A DNA stretch of 64,000 nucleotides, from contig CACOEZ010000001.1 of NCBI GenBank assembly GCA_902626385.1, positions 145,864-209,863 of the forward strand, given 5' to 3'. Under the pieces are notes generated by a model that ran no database searches, had not been told where the DNA came from, and was given only the letters and a program-made list of their open reading frames with translations. Position 1 is the stretch's first letter; each line of letters opens with the position of its first letter. The position numbers and the translations under genes were made by a program. Shown in pieces: positions 46,555 through 57,221 of the stretch. This DNA comes from an uncultured SAR86 cluster bacterium. GTDB taxonomy: Bacteria > Pseudomonadota > Gammaproteobacteria > Magnimaribacterales > D2472.

Positions 46555-47222
46555 AAGCAATGATTCTTGCTGCAGGTTTTGGTAAAAGATTATTGCCTCT
46601 TACAGAAGTTACCCCAAAGCCACTTCTTATGATTGGGAAAAAAACTCTTATCGAAAGGAATATCGAATATTTATTAAACAATGGATTTTCAGAAATTGTA
46701 ATAAATGTTTCTCATTTGTCAGAGCAAATCATCGAACATGTGAATGAAAAGTTTCCCGACATTAAAATTAATTTTTCAGTTGAAAATAAACCTCTTGGAA
46801 CTGGAGGCGGTATTCAAAATGCTATTCCAGTAATTGGATCAGATCCTTTTTTATGCGTAAATGCAGACATTTTTCATGAAATTAAGATTAATGATCTTTC
46901 ATTTGACGTTGAGGCAGCTCATTTAATTGGAGTACCGAACCCTGAACACAACAAAGAAGGAGACTTTTCAATTAACAACGGTGCCGTTGTTGTTAATGAG
47001 ATTAAAAATATGCTCACATGGAGCGGAATTTCAGTCATAAATCCTAAAATATTTAGCGATATTCAATCTAGAGAGAATTCTTTTAACATGTGGGATGCCG
47101 TTCTTCCAAAATACATAAAAAAAGGCATTGTTACTGGACATTTATCTAAAGATACATGGATTGATGTTGGAACCAAAGACCGTTTAAAACTTGCTAATAG
47201 TGTATATAATGACCAGAATTAA
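46551..47222 (+). CDS. murU: nucleotidyltransferase, probable N-acetylmuramate alpha-1-phosphate uridylyltransferase
   Basis: MILAAGFGKRLLPLTEVTPKPLL sugar-nucleotidyltransferase motif. 4-nt overlap with the amgK-like gene. Confidence 0.75.
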   Translation: MKAMILAAGFGKRLLPLTEVTPKPLLMIGKKTLIERNIEYLLNNGFSEIVINVSHLSEQIIEHVNEKFPDIKINFSVENKPLGTGGGIQNAIPVIGSDPFLCVNADIFHEIKINDLSFDVEAAHLIGVPNPEHNKEGDFSINNGAVVVNEIKNMLTWSGISVINPKIFSDIQSRENSFNMWDAVLPKYIKKGIVTGHLSKDTWIDVGTKDRLKLANSVYNDQN

Positions 47223-47225
47223 ATT

Positions 47226-47894
47226 ATGACAGAACAAAAATACATAATTGCGCCGTCAATTCTAGCTTCTGACTTTGCAAGATTAGGTGACGAAGTTAAA
47301 AATGTAATGAAAGCAGGTGCAGATTGGGTTCATTTTGACGTTATGGATAATCATTACGTACCTAACTTAACAATTGGACCTATGGTATGCAAAGCTCTTC
47401 GTGAATTCGGCATAAAAGATTTTATCGATGTTCATCTAATGATTGATCCAGTTGACGATTTAGCTCAAAGTTTCATTGATGCAGGCGCAGATTTAATAAG
47501 CTTTCATCCAGAAGCAACTAAACACATTCACAGATCAATACATGCAATAAAAGACAAGGGTTGTAAAGCCGGCTTAGTGTATAATCCGGCTACACCACTT
47601 CATACACTTGAAAGCGTTATTGATGATATAGACCTTGTTCTAATTATGAGCGTAAATCCTGGATTCGGAGGACAAAAATTTATTCATAGTTCTTTGGAAA
47701 AGATTTCTAAAGTAAGAAAAATGATTGATGACTCTGGAAAAGATATTCGTCTAGAGGTGGATGGCGGTATCAATAAAGATACAATTGGTCTTGCATCTTC
47801 TGCAGGTGCTGACACATTTGTTGCAGGCTCAGCAATCTTCAACACAGAAAATTATGAGCAGACAATATCTGAACTTCGTTCAAACATCGCTTAG
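47226..47894 (+). CDS. rpe: ribulose-phosphate 3-epimerase
   Basis: [38 protein letters not shown] and VDGG. Confidence 0.95.
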   Translation: MTEQKYIIAPSILASDFARLGDEVKNVMKAGADWVHFDVMDNHYVPNLTIGPMVCKALREFGIKDFIDVHLMIDPVDDLAQSFIDAGADLISFHPEATKHIHRSIHAIKDKGCKAGLVYNPATPLHTLESVIDDIDLVLIMSVNPGFGGQKFIHSSLEKISKVRKMIDDSGKDIRLEVDGGINKDTIGLASSAGADTFVAGSAIFNTENYEQTISELRSNIA

Positions 47895-48303
47895 GCACAT
47901 TATATTTTTGACTTTAACATTTGATGTATTTGCATCAGAAAAAATCAATATCAATAATATCTTGACTAATATAGAAGTTGTTTCAAGTTCTCAAGAAAGA
48001 AGAAAAGGACTTATGAATAGAAAGTATTTGCCAGAAAATCATGGGATGTTTTTTATTTGGGATTATAGAAAAAGACAATGCATGTGGATGAGAGATACAT
48101 ACATTCCATTAAGTGTTGCTTATATTAATAATGAAGGAAAAATATTGGAAATATATGATATGGTTCCCCACTCAGAGAAATCAGTTTGCTCAATCAAAAG
48201 AGTTAAATACGCTCTTGAGGTAAATAAAGACTGGTTCGAAAAAAATAATATTAATATCGGAGACATGCTTAATATAAGAGTTCTAATCCAAAATGATAAG
48301 TAA
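47854..48303 (+). CDS. DUF192 (COG1430) protein with a signal-peptide-like N-terminus
   Basis: [21 protein letters not shown]...[16 protein letters not shown] is typical of DUF192. The start is taken at the in-frame ATG at 47854, giving a 41-nt overlap with rpe. The start is uncertain. Confidence 0.6.
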   Translation: MSRQYLNFVQTSLRHIIFLTLTFDVFASEKININNILTNIEVVSSSQERRKGLMNRKYLPENHGMFFIWDYRKRQCMWMRDTYIPLSVAYINNEGKILEIYDMVPHSEKSVCSIKRVKYALEVNKDWFEKNNINIGDMLNIRVLIQNDK

Positions 48304-49759
48304 ACAAGAATACAAAAATTATGCTGAAGAGGGCTTTAATATTTTACCAATTGTAAAAGATCTAAAAATTAGCTCTGAATCACCAATAAGTTTATTTGAG
48401 AAAATTAAAAACAAAGAGAATTCATTCTTACTTGAGTCTGTAGAGGGAGGAGAGAAATGGGCCCAATATTCAATTATTGGGATTGATTGCTCTGATAGCA
48501 TCAAAGTTATTGATAAAACTATTGAAATTAAAGAGGATGGCCAGAAAAGATCTTTCGAATCTAACGATCCACTGAATGAAATAAGTAAAATTATTGAAAA
48601 GTATAATACGCCGGAAATAAAGAATATGCCGAGATTCTATGGAGGCTATGTCGGTTTTTTTGCATACGAGAGTGCCAAATATGCAGAGAAGAAAATCGAA
48701 ATTCTTGAAAAAAAAGATTCAAAATTTAAAGAACATATGCCCGAGATATATTTAGTAAAAGCAAATAAATTAATAGTCTTTGATAATTTTAATAAAAAAC
48801 AGTTTGCTGTTTTTAATGCTAATCCAACAAAAATCTCTTATGAAGAATCTCTTAACTCGCTAAATAAGATTGAAAGTTATATTGATCAGGAACTTATCCA
48901 TGGAGAAACAGCTTTTGAAACAGTCACTGGGAAAATTGAGTTTAATTCAAATTTTACTAAAGATGATTTCATTCAGGCTGTAAAAACCATAAAAGAATAT
49001 ATTAAAGAAGGGGATGTAATGCAGGTTGTATTAGCGCAAGACTTCTCGTTACCGTTTTCAAGTGACCCATTTAAATTATATGCTGCATTAAGAGCATTAA
49101 ATCCGTCGCCATATATGTATTATTTGAATTTGAGCGAATGCAAGGTTGTTGGAGCATCTCCAGAAATTTTAATTAGGCTTGAAGAGGATAAAATTACATT
49201 AAGGCCAATCGCCGGAACTAGGAAAAGGGGTAACAACAAAAACGAGGATGAACTTAATGAAATAGATTTATTAAACGACCCAAAGGAACTTGCAGAGCAC
49301 TTAATGTTGATTGATCTTGGAAGAAATGATGTTGGGCGTGTCTCTAAAATCGGAACTGTGCAAGTTACTGAAAAAATGGTGATAGAAAAATACTCTCATG
49401 TAATGCATATAGTTTCTAATGTAATTGGCCAAATATCTGACGGACTTAATGCAATAGATGCATTAAAGGCTACTTTACCTGCAGGCACTTTATCTGGAGC
49501 ACCAAAAATTCGTGCCATGGAGATAATTAATGAATTAGAGCCAAGTTCGAGAGGTATATATGGTGGTGCGATAGGATACATATCATGGAATGGCAACATC
49601 GATACCGCAATAGCAATTCGTACAGCAGTGATTAGAGATAATTTAATTCATGTTGGTGCTGGGGCTGGAATTGTTGCAGACTCAGATCCTGAGAACGAAT
49701 GGTTGGAATGTATTCAGAAATCGAAAGTTTTCCTTGATGCAATTGAAATGATCTCATGA
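48293..49759 (+). CDS. trpE: anthranilate synthase component I
   Basis: [31 protein letters not shown] and [21 protein letters not shown]. Confidence 0.92.
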   Translation: MISKQEYKNYAEEGFNILPIVKDLKISSESPISLFEKIKNKENSFLLESVEGGEKWAQYSIIGIDCSDSIKVIDKTIEIKEDGQKRSFESNDPLNEISKIIEKYNTPEIKNMPRFYGGYVGFFAYESAKYAEKKIEILEKKDSKFKEHMPEIYLVKANKLIVFDNFNKKQFAVFNANPTKISYEESLNSLNKIESYIDQELIHGETAFETVTGKIEFNSNFTKDDFIQAVKTIKEYIKEGDVMQVVLAQDFSLPFSSDPFKLYAALRALNPSPYMYYLNLSECKVVGASPEILIRLEEDKITLRPIAGTRKRGNNKNEDELNEIDLLNDPKELAEHLMLIDLGRNDVGRVSKIGTVQVTEKMVIEKYSHVMHIVSNVIGQISDGLNAIDALKATLPAGTLSGAPKIRAMEIINELEPSSRGIYGGAIGYISWNGNIDTAIAIRTAVIRDNLIHVGAGAGIVADSDPENEWLECIQKSKVFLDAIEMIS

Positions 49760-50319
49760 TATTAGTTATAGATAATTATGACAGCTTTACTTACAACCTT
49801 GTTCATTACATTGGCGAGTTTGATAATAATATTGAGGTCATTAGAAATGACGAAATGTCAGTCGACGATATATTAGGCTTGAAGCCAGATAAAATTGTTA
49901 TTTCTCCAGGTCCGTGCACTCCAAATGAGGCTGGCATTTCAGAGGAATTAATTAAGTCTTCAAGCGTTCCATTATTAGGTGTATGCTTGGGCCATCAAGC
50001 AATTGGCACAGCATTTGGAGGAAAAATTATAAAAGCTCCAGAAATTGTTCATGGAAAATCTTCCAACATTATTCATGAATCAGACGACCTATTTAATAAT
50101 ATTGAAACACCCTACAGTGTAATTAGATATCATAGCCTAGTGATTGAAATGAACTCACTACCTGATGAACTTATGGTAACAGCCACACTTGAGAATAATA
50201 AAAACATGATTATGGGATTGAAACATAAAGAAAGACCTATTTTCGGCGTTCAGTTTCATCCTGAATCAATAGATACAGATAATGGAAAAAAATTAATTGA
50301 AAATTTTTTAAATATTTGA
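49756..50319 (+). CDS. trpG: anthranilate synthase component II (glutamine amidotransferase)
   Basis: [14 protein letters not shown], catalytic GVCLGHQ, and FGVQFHPES. Confidence 0.92.
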   Translation: MILVIDNYDSFTYNLVHYIGEFDNNIEVIRNDEMSVDDILGLKPDKIVISPGPCTPNEAGISEELIKSSSVPLLGVCLGHQAIGTAFGGKIIKAPEIVHGKSSNIIHESDDLFNNIETPYSVIRYHSLVIEMNSLPDELMVTATLENNKNMIMGLKHKERPIFGVQFHPESIDTDNGKKLIENFLNI

Positions 50320-51329
50320 TGAAAGAAGTCTTAAAAAAAATAGAAGATAAAATTGATCTTTCGTTGGATGAAATGAAAGAAGCAATTAATTTAATCATGT
50401 CCGGAGAGGCGAGCGATTCTGATATTGAATCATTTTTAGTTGGACTTAATAAAAAAGGCATTTCAAAGAATGAGATTGCTGGAGCAGCATCTGTGATGAA
50501 AGAAAAGTCTTTAAAATTTAGTATTGGAGAGGGTAAAAACATTGATACTTGTGGTACAGGTGGAACTGGATTACATACATTTAATTGCTCTACAGCTTCA
50601 TCATTTGTTGCAGCTGCAGGTGGAGCAAAAATCACAAAACACGGCAATAAAGCTATTTCCAGTAAATCTGGCAGTGCTGATTTTTTGACCGAGGCTGGAG
50701 CAGATATAGGTCATGACAGAGATAAGCTACAGTCAATTTTTGACAAAGTTGGTTTTATATTTCTTTTCGCTCCGCTCCATCACGAAGCCATGAAACATGT
50801 TATGCCAGTAAGAAAAAGAATAGCTGAAAAAACTATTTTTAACTTATTAGGACCACACACCAATCCTTGTAATGCAAAAAAACAAATAATTGGAGTTTAT
50901 GATAAGAAACTACTCAATACTTTTTCTGAAGTTTCCAAGAGCCTTGGAATGGATCATGTCTTAGTTGTTCATGGGAGCGATGGTTTAGATGAAATTACTG
51001 TTACAGGAGATACCTTGGTCAGTGAATTAAATAATCATAAGATTTCTGAATATACAATATCTCCAAAACAATTTGGACTAAGCAATTCTTCACTTGAAGA
51101 GATTTATGCTAATTCTGCTGAAGATAGCCTGATGTTAGTAAATGAAGCGTTTGCAGGTGAAAAATCTGCTGTTCAAGACATGATTGCTATGAATAGCGGT
51201 GCTGCTCTTTACATAGCTAGTGTTGTAAATTCAATAGGAGATGGAATAGAACTTTCTTATGAATTAATGGATAACGGTAAGGCCGCTGACAAGTTAGCAG
51301 CATACGTCAGGATATCTAATACGTTATGA
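50316..51329 (+). CDS. trpD: anthranilate phosphoribosyltransferase
   Basis: DTCGTGGTG, KHGNKAISSKSGSADF and NLLGPHTNP. Confidence 0.92.
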   Translation: MMKEVLKKIEDKIDLSLDEMKEAINLIMSGEASDSDIESFLVGLNKKGISKNEIAGAASVMKEKSLKFSIGEGKNIDTCGTGGTGLHTFNCSTASSFVAAAGGAKITKHGNKAISSKSGSADFLTEAGADIGHDRDKLQSIFDKVGFIFLFAPLHHEAMKHVMPVRKRIAEKTIFNLLGPHTNPCNAKKQIIGVYDKKLLNTFSEVSKSLGMDHVLVVHGSDGLDEITVTGDTLVSELNNHKISEYTISPKQFGLSNSSLEEIYANSAEDSLMLVNEAFAGEKSAVQDMIAMNSGAALYIASVVNSIGDGIELSYELMDNGKAADKLAAYVRISNTL

Positions 51330-52081
51330 ATATTCTTGATGAGATAATCGACGCAAAGAAAAGAAAACTTATTTCAAAAAAATCTGAATTAAGTTTAGAA
51401 GATATTATTTCAAAGATTGAGATGATTTCTCCAACTAATGCTTCCTTTAAGGCTAGTTTGTTAGATAAAGAAGAAGCAATTATTGCAGAAATTAAAAAAG
51501 CATCACCAAGCGCAGGCATCATTAGCGAAAACTTTGATCCTATTTCAAAGGCTAAGGAATTTGAAGCAAAAGGCGCATCAGCTCTCTCAATTTTAACTGA
51601 GGAGGACTATTTCCTTGGAAGCATCCAGTATTTGAAAGATGTGAAATCAATTTCAAATCTTCCAATACTTAGAAAGGATTTTATAATTGATGAATATCAA
51701 ATATATGAGTCAAGACTGGTCGGAGCTGACTGTATTTTATTAATTGCTAGTGTTTTAAACGATGAAATGCTTAAAAAATTTACTGAACTAGCTGATAGCC
51801 TTGAACTCGATTACATCATAGAAGTTCACGATATGGATGAGCTATCAAGGATAAAAAACTTTTCTAAAGCTATTATTGGTGTCAATAATAGAGATTTAAA
51901 AACGTTCAATGTAGATATTAATAATTCAATAAATCTAAGAAAAAACTTTCATGGAGATAATATTTTTGTTTCAGAGTCTGGCATCAAGTCAAAAAAAGAC
52001 ATAGAAATGCTGAAAGAAAATAATATCAATGTTTTTTTAATTGGTGAAAGCATGATGAAGGGAGATTTTTTTGAAGCTTAG
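51326..52081 (+). CDS. trpC: indole-3-glycerol-phosphate synthase
   Basis: IIAEIKKASPS, ILRKDFIIDEYQIYESR, EVHD, GVNNRDL and SESGI. Confidence 0.9.
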   Translation: MNILDEIIDAKKRKLISKKSELSLEDIISKIEMISPTNASFKASLLDKEEAIIAEIKKASPSAGIISENFDPISKAKEFEAKGASALSILTEEDYFLGSIQYLKDVKSISNLPILRKDFIIDEYQIYESRLVGADCILLIASVLNDEMLKKFTELADSLELDYIIEVHDMDELSRIKNFSKAIIGVNNRDLKTFNVDINNSINLRKNFHGDNIFVSESGIKSKKDIEMLKENNINVFLIGESMMKGDFFEA

Positions 52082-53243
52082 AGAATGGCAAGAAAAAGCC
52101 TTTCCGTTGTGGTGGAAGAATAAAAGAGGAATTATAAAAGTTGTTACTGGAGGTGGTAAAACATTTTTTGCCATTCATTGTCTTAGAAAATACTTAGAAG
52201 AAGATCATAATAAAAATATCTTAATTGTTGTTCCCTCAATTGCTCTACTAGATCAATGGTACGAGAGCCTTTCACAAAATTTTAGTGACAGAGAAATATC
52301 TTTGAATGGTGGAGGGGAACAAACAACCTCAATAACAAAAATTTGTATCTCAACAATAGATTCTTTAAAAAATATCATTAAGGAAGTTGATGCCTCAAAT
52401 TCTCTTTTAATTGTTGATGAATGTCACAAAATTGGCACTGAAAAAAGAGGAGAGATGCTAACTAATAATTGGCATGCAACTCTTGGATTATCTGCGACAC
52501 CTGAAAGAGACTATGATGACAACTTCTATATCATCATCAAAAAAATTCTTGGAGACATAATTTTTGATTACGACTATATAGATGCTAGAGAGGACGAGGT
52601 CATTGTCAATTTTAAACTACTATATGGGTATGCAGCTTTACTTCCAGAAGAAGAGAACAAATATAGAAAATTTACAAAAAGCATTCAAAGAAGGGCTGCA
52701 ACAATTGGTGGCCAGGACATGAATGATTATCCCTTAAAAATGTTGATATTTAACAGAGCAAGACTAGTGAAAAATTCAAAAAACAGAATTCCGTATGGAA
52801 TTGAGCTTATTCAGAAATATGAAAGAGATAGCTGGATTGTTTTTACGGAAAATAAGAAACAAGCAAAGGAATTTAATAAAAAAGTTAATCACATTAAAGG
52901 CTTTGAATCAGGTATATACAACACAGATTTGAAAGATGATGAAAGACAAGAGAATCTAGAAAATTTTAAGGCAGGAAAGTTGAATGTTTTAGTGAGCTGT
53001 ACAGCCTTAGATGAGGGTTTCGATATGCCAGAAGCTGACGGAGCTATGATATTAAGTGCATCTTCATCAAAAAGACAAAGAATACAAAGAATGGGAAGAG
53101 TTCTGAGAATCACTGCCAACAAAGAAAACGCTTTGATAGTAACTGTTTATTCATCCAAAACTGAGTATGAAAAACTGCGTGAGGAATCAAATCGCTATAA
53201 ATTGGAAGGGGTACCAGTGAAGTGGCAACAAATGAGTCTATAA
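52071..53243 (+). CDS. minimal SF2 DExH helicase (ResIII/XPB-like core, two RecA domains only)
   Basis: Motif I VVTGGGKT (GGGKT = nt 52149-52163), II DECH (52416-52427), III LSATPER, VI QRIQRMGRVLR. TTG start overlapping the trpC 3' end by 11 nt. Confidence 0.75.
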   Translation: MKLREWQEKAFPLWWKNKRGIIKVVTGGGKTFFAIHCLRKYLEEDHNKNILIVVPSIALLDQWYESLSQNFSDREISLNGGGEQTTSITKICISTIDSLKNIIKEVDASNSLLIVDECHKIGTEKRGEMLTNNWHATLGLSATPERDYDDNFYIIIKKILGDIIFDYDYIDAREDEVIVNFKLLYGYAALLPEEENKYRKFTKSIQRRAATIGGQDMNDYPLKMLIFNRARLVKNSKNRIPYGIELIQKYERDSWIVFTENKKQAKEFNKKVNHIKGFESGIYNTDLKDDERQENLENFKAGKLNVLVSCTALDEGFDMPEADGAMILSASSSKRQRIQRMGRVLRITANKENALIVTVYSSKTEYEKLREESNRYKLEGVPVKWQQMSL

Positions 53244-53250
53244 TTAAATT

Positions 53251-53808
53251 ATGGCTTTAACTTATTCAAGCATGCTAGATCTTCAAACAGATCTGATACC
53301 ATTCAGTTTATTAAATACTGTAACCAATCAAACTTTTTCATCAGAACACCTAGATCTAACTAAACCAACTCTAATAATGTTTGTTTGTAATCATTGCCCA
53401 TATGTAATTCATTATCATAAGGAAATAATAAAACTAGCAACCGATTATCTTGATTACATTAATATCGTTGCCATAAGCTCTAACGATATAACAACTCATC
53501 CAGAGGATAGCCCAGAAAAAATGAGAAATTTATGGGATGATTTGGGTTTAAGATTTCCATATCTTTATGATGAATCACAAGAGCTTGCAAAAAAATATCA
53601 AGCCGAATGCACACCTGAATTTTATTTATTTGATTCAAATAGAAAGCTTGTTTATCGAGGTAGGATGGATGACAGTTCGCCAGGGTCAAGCTCAAAGCCA
53701 ACAGCAAAAGACCTTAGATTGGCAATTGATAATTTGTTAGCAAATAAAACAATTTTGAAAGAACAATTTCCATCAATGGGATGCAATATAAAATGGAAAT
53801 CTAATTAG
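53251..53808 (+). CDS. thioredoxin-fold (TlpA/redoxin-like) protein
   Basis: CNHCPY CxxC-type motif following a beta strand (LIMFVCNHCPYV), TPEFYLFD, and C-terminal GCNIKW. Confidence 0.7.
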   Translation: MALTYSSMLDLQTDLIPFSLLNTVTNQTFSSEHLDLTKPTLIMFVCNHCPYVIHYHKEIIKLATDYLDYINIVAISSNDITTHPEDSPEKMRNLWDDLGLRFPYLYDESQELAKKYQAECTPEFYLFDSNRKLVYRGRMDDSSPGSSSKPTAKDLRLAIDNLLANKTILKEQFPSMGCNIKWKSN

Positions 53809-55219
53809 GTTTTATTTTCCTTTTTCTTCTGCTGCCATGCTTTAAATAAACTTGCCTAGCCTCATTTTTGAATTTATTGCTTTTTCTAATTGCCCAAATA
53901 TTTTCTCGAGCAAATTTAGCAGACGCTTTAAGATCAACTATTTTATCTATGTAAGTACCATTTAATTCTGCATTATGAATTAACTTTGGATCAATATTAT
54001 CAAGCTGAGGTAATATGTTTTTTGTCCAACTTGAATCAGGATCTTGATCCATGCTTTGTTTAGGAACTGAATATATTCTCGGTAAATTAATTCCAGTAAC
54101 TCCACTTTGCATTTGAACCTGACTAATGTGAATACCAGGTTCATAATCCGTAAAGAGTTGTGCCAGCAGAGGTGAGGTTTTTTGCCACGGTTGCCAAAGA
54201 TTATATGAAGCAAATGACATTATCATTGCTCTCATTCGAAAGTTAATCCATCCATAACGGTCAAGATATTTCATACATGCATCTAAAAAAGGAAATCCTG
54301 TTTCACCACTAATCCACTTACTGATCATTTCATCGTCATGTTCAGTCCTTAGTGAGTCACACATTCTGTGCATAGAATAAAATTCAAGTTCAGGTTCTGT
54401 GTGGAGTTTCTGAACAAAATGACAATGCCAATACAACCTCTTTTTAAATGAATATAAATCTTGTTTGTGATTAAGACTGTGAACAGTTTTATTTAATTTT
54501 TGATACACCTGCCTAATAGATATTGAACCATATGTAAAATGCGGCGATAGCCTCGAACAGCTTTCTTTGGATTGACTTGGACTGGACATTTTCACTCTGT
54601 AATCTTCACATCTTTCAGTCAAGAAACTTTCCAACAGCTGATTTGCAAAAGAGGTTCCACCTTTTTGGATGTCCCTAAGTTTATAAGATTCATCTACAAA
54701 CATATCTTCAAAAAATTTGATTTTTTTAAGATTTAAATTGTCATCATTATTAGAATATTTTGGAGCGCCTAATAAATCGGCACTCATAATATGATTCCAA
54801 TTTTTAGACCAAGAGTCTCTATCAAAATTGCTTAACTGTAGTCCAAAATCATCGTATATTCTCAACCTCCTACCAAAATGATTTTTAAAATTTTCAAAGC
54901 CAAGTCTAAAATAATTTGTGTCTGTGCAATGATTCATATGGATAAAATAATCATTGTAGTTTTTCTCTATCCAATCCTTCAGCATTTCAAAGGAACCATC
55001 AAAGACGTTAATTTCTGAATTAATCTTTTTTAGATCCTGATCTAACTCATTCAAGCATTCTGTTGCAAACTTGAGCTGTCTGAGTGACCTCCCATTAGAT
55101 TTCCAATATTCTTTGTCATGCAAATAAATAACAATGTAGTTAGACCTTAAAGACCCATAAAACAGGGCAGCATTATCAAGCAGTCTTAAGTTTCTGTTTA
55201 AAATAATAATATCAATCAT
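53801..55219 (-). CDS. cryptochrome/photolyase-family flavoprotein (class unresolved)
   Basis: N-terminal NRNLRLLDNAAL and C-terminal FAD-binding region GFPFLDACMKYLDRYGWINFRMRAMIMSFASYNLWQPW. SRLSPHFTYGSIS. Confidence 0.8.
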   Translation of the reverse strand: MIDIIILNRNLRLLDNAALFYGSLRSNYIVIYLHDKEYWKSNGRSLRQLKFATECLNELDQDLKKINSEINVFDGSFEMLKDWIEKNYNDYFIHMNHCTDTNYFRLGFENFKNHFGRRLRIYDDFGLQLSNFDRDSWSKNWNHIMSADLLGAPKYSNNDDNLNLKKIKFFEDMFVDESYKLRDIQKGGTSFANQLLESFLTERCEDYRVKMSSPSQSKESCSRLSPHFTYGSISIRQVYQKLNKTVHSLNHKQDLYSFKKRLYWHCHFVQKLHTEPELEFYSMHRMCDSLRTEHDDEMISKWISGETGFPFLDACMKYLDRYGWINFRMRAMIMSFASYNLWQPWQKTSPLLAQLFTDYEPGIHISQVQMQSGVTGINLPRIYSVPKQSMDQDPDSSWTKNILPQLDNIDPKLIHNAELNGTYIDKIVDLKASAKFARENIWAIRKSNKFKNEARQVYLKHGSRRKRKIKPN

Positions 55220-55251
55220 TTATATGAATTTTTTTAGGGATGATCCCTAGT

Positions 55252-56577
55252 TCAAATTTTTTCGTTTAAGTCTGTTTTATACGTTTCAGTAAGAGACATT
55301 ACTGAAAGTAGTGTCAAAAATGAAGCAAATGCAATGTATACGGATACCCATAAGATATCATAATCTGTCCAAAGCTTTGCAGCTATAGTGGGAGCAAACG
55401 CTCCTCCAGCAATAGCTCCAAGCTGGTAGCCCAATGTTGCTCCAGAATATCTTACTTCTGTTGAGAATAATTCTGTAAAGAAAGCAGCTTGAGGACCATA
55501 CATCATGGCTAAAAAAGATAGTCCAAACGAAACAGCAATAACTATCAACCAAAAATTTCCTGTATCAACCAGAGGAAATATTGCGAAGGCCCATATTGCT
55601 GTCAAAATAGCACCTGTCATAAATATGCCTTTTCTTCCATTTCTATCAGAATATGAGGAGAAAACAAACTGAATTGGAACCATTATTGCCGATCCAATTA
55701 ATACTGCTGCTAACATATCATCACGTGACATATCCGCACTTTTAACACCATAAGCAAGCAGGAATGCAACTAAAATATAAAACGTTACTTGAATTGACAA
55801 AAATGCACCTGCCGCAAGTGCAATTCTTTTAGGATATTTCATTATTGCTTCAAGTACTGGAGATTTTTGTATTGGTTTTTCTTCAACCTTATCTTTTAAA
55901 GTTTGATGATTTTGAAGATCTCTGAAAGCTTTTGTATCTTCCATTGTTAGTTGAATGTACATGCTGATGCCAATTAATATTGCACTTGCTAAAAATGGGA
56001 TTCTCCATCCCCATGACATAAATGCATCATCTGATAAAAGGGCACTCGTAGCTATAAAAGCAAGATTTGCAAGAATTACACCAATAGGAGCTCCTGCTTG
56101 AGCATAAGCTCCGTAGTAACCTCTTTTATTTGAAGGAGCGCTCTCAGTAACAAGCAGCGTTGCACCTCCCCATTGACCACCAATCGCAAGTCCCTGAGCA
56201 AATCGAAGTGTAGTCAAAAGTATTGGTGCTGCAACTCCTATCATTGCGTAAGTTGGAAGGAGTCCGATCAAAGTGGAAGCAACACCCATTAACATCAAGG
56301 CAGCCACTAATGTTTTTTTTCTTCCAACTTTATCACCAAAATGCCCAAAAATTATTCCACCAATAGGTCTAGCGATAAAACCAGCTGCAAAAGTTAGAAG
56401 TGATAAAATTAAAGCAGTTGATTCTGGTACTTCTCCGAAAAAAGCTGTTGGAAAAACAAGTGCAGCAGCAGCTCCATATAAAAAGAAGTCATACCATTCA
56501 ATGCTAGTTCCAGCCAAAGCTGTGAGAGCAACTTTTCGCATGGAAGATTCTTTATTTACAGAAGTAATTTCTTGCAT
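55252..56577 (-). CDS. MFS transporter, metabolite:H+ symporter (ProP/KgtP-like) family
   Basis: GTSIEWYDFFLYG, GHFGDKVGRKK, 12 TM helices. Confidence 0.85.
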   Translation of the reverse strand: MQEITSVNKESSMRKVALTALAGTSIEWYDFFLYGAAAALVFPTAFFGEVPESTALILSLLTFAAGFIARPIGGIIFGHFGDKVGRKKTLVAALMLMGVASTLIGLLPTYAMIGVAAPILLTTLRFAQGLAIGGQWGGATLLVTESAPSNKRGYYGAYAQAGAPIGVILANLAFIATSALLSDDAFMSWGWRIPFLASAILIGISMYIQLTMEDTKAFRDLQNHQTLKDKVEEKPIQKSPVLEAIMKYPKRIALAAGAFLSIQVTFYILVAFLLAYGVKSADMSRDDMLAAVLIGSAIMVPIQFVFSSYSDRNGRKGIFMTGAILTAIWAFAIFPLVDTGNFWLIVIAVSFGLSFLAMMYGPQAAFFTELFSTEVRYSGATLGYQLGAIAGGAFAPTIAAKLWTDYDILWVSVYIAFASFLTLLSVMSLTETYKTDLNEKI

Positions 56578-56585
56578 GTACTTTT

Positions 56586-57221
56586 TTAGATGTAAGCACT
56601 TGTGGAAGTCATAACCTTTGCTGTAACCTCCATAACTTTTTTAGTTGGTGATTCTAATTCTTCAGCCCCTGATTCATTAGCCTGACCAGCATGTAAATCT
56701 TCATCAGCTTGCATTGTTTTCAGTATTTCGATTGTTTCTTTATCTTTTTGTGAAATTTTATCAAGATGTTTCTGAAGGTGAATAACAACTTGTTTTTCTG
56801 TTTCTTCGACAAACCCTAAGCTAGTTTTTTCTCCCATTGCACCAAAAACTGCTCCAATAGCAAATGAGCCTGCATACCAAAGTGGGTTTAATATAGAACT
56901 TTTTCCACCAAGCTCATCTAGGCGTTTTTTGCACCACACAAGATGATCAGTTTCCTCTTCACCAGCTTGTATAAGATGTTCTTTAATTTTAGGGTCTTTG
57001 CATACAAAAGCTTGTCCTCTGTATAGAGCTTGAGCAGCAACTTCACCGGCATGGTTAATCCGCATCATTTGAATTGAAAGATCTTTTTCTTTCTTAGACA
57101 TATCTTCAGTATTTTTTTCTATAGGATCTGGTGGATACGCTCTATCTGTTCCAGTTTTTTTATCTGAAAGTGTTCTTAAAGCTATATCTAGTTCATTGAC
57201 AATATTATTTAAAATGCTCAT
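56586..57221 (-). CDS. coq7: demethoxyubiquinone hydroxylase (di-iron Coq7 type)
   Basis: RINHAGEVAAQALYRGQ and the EExDH carboxylate-bridged di-iron motifs (EEETDHL, DEDLHAG). Confidence 0.9.
   Translation of the reverse strand: MSILNNIVNELDIALRTLSDKKTGTDRAYPPDPIEKNTEDMSKKEKDLSIQMMRINHAGEVAAQALYRGQAFVCKDPKIKEHLIQAGEEETDHLVWCKKRLDELGGKSSILNPLWYAGSFAIGAVFGAMGEKTSLGFVEETEKQVVIHLQKHLDKISQKDKETIEILKTMQADEDLHAGQANESGAEELESPTKKVMEVTAKVMTSTSAYI

Noticed and set aside
47761-47853. Long 5' extension of the DUF192 ORF running 134 nt into rpe
   Set aside because: The extension has no DUF192 similarity. The ATG at 47854 gives a plausible signal peptide. Some overlap with rpe still remains, so the true start is uncertain.
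50237-50647. 136-aa ORF antisense across the trpG/trpD junction
   Set aside because: Both trp genes on the opposite strand are unambiguous, and the antisense translation has no family resemblance.
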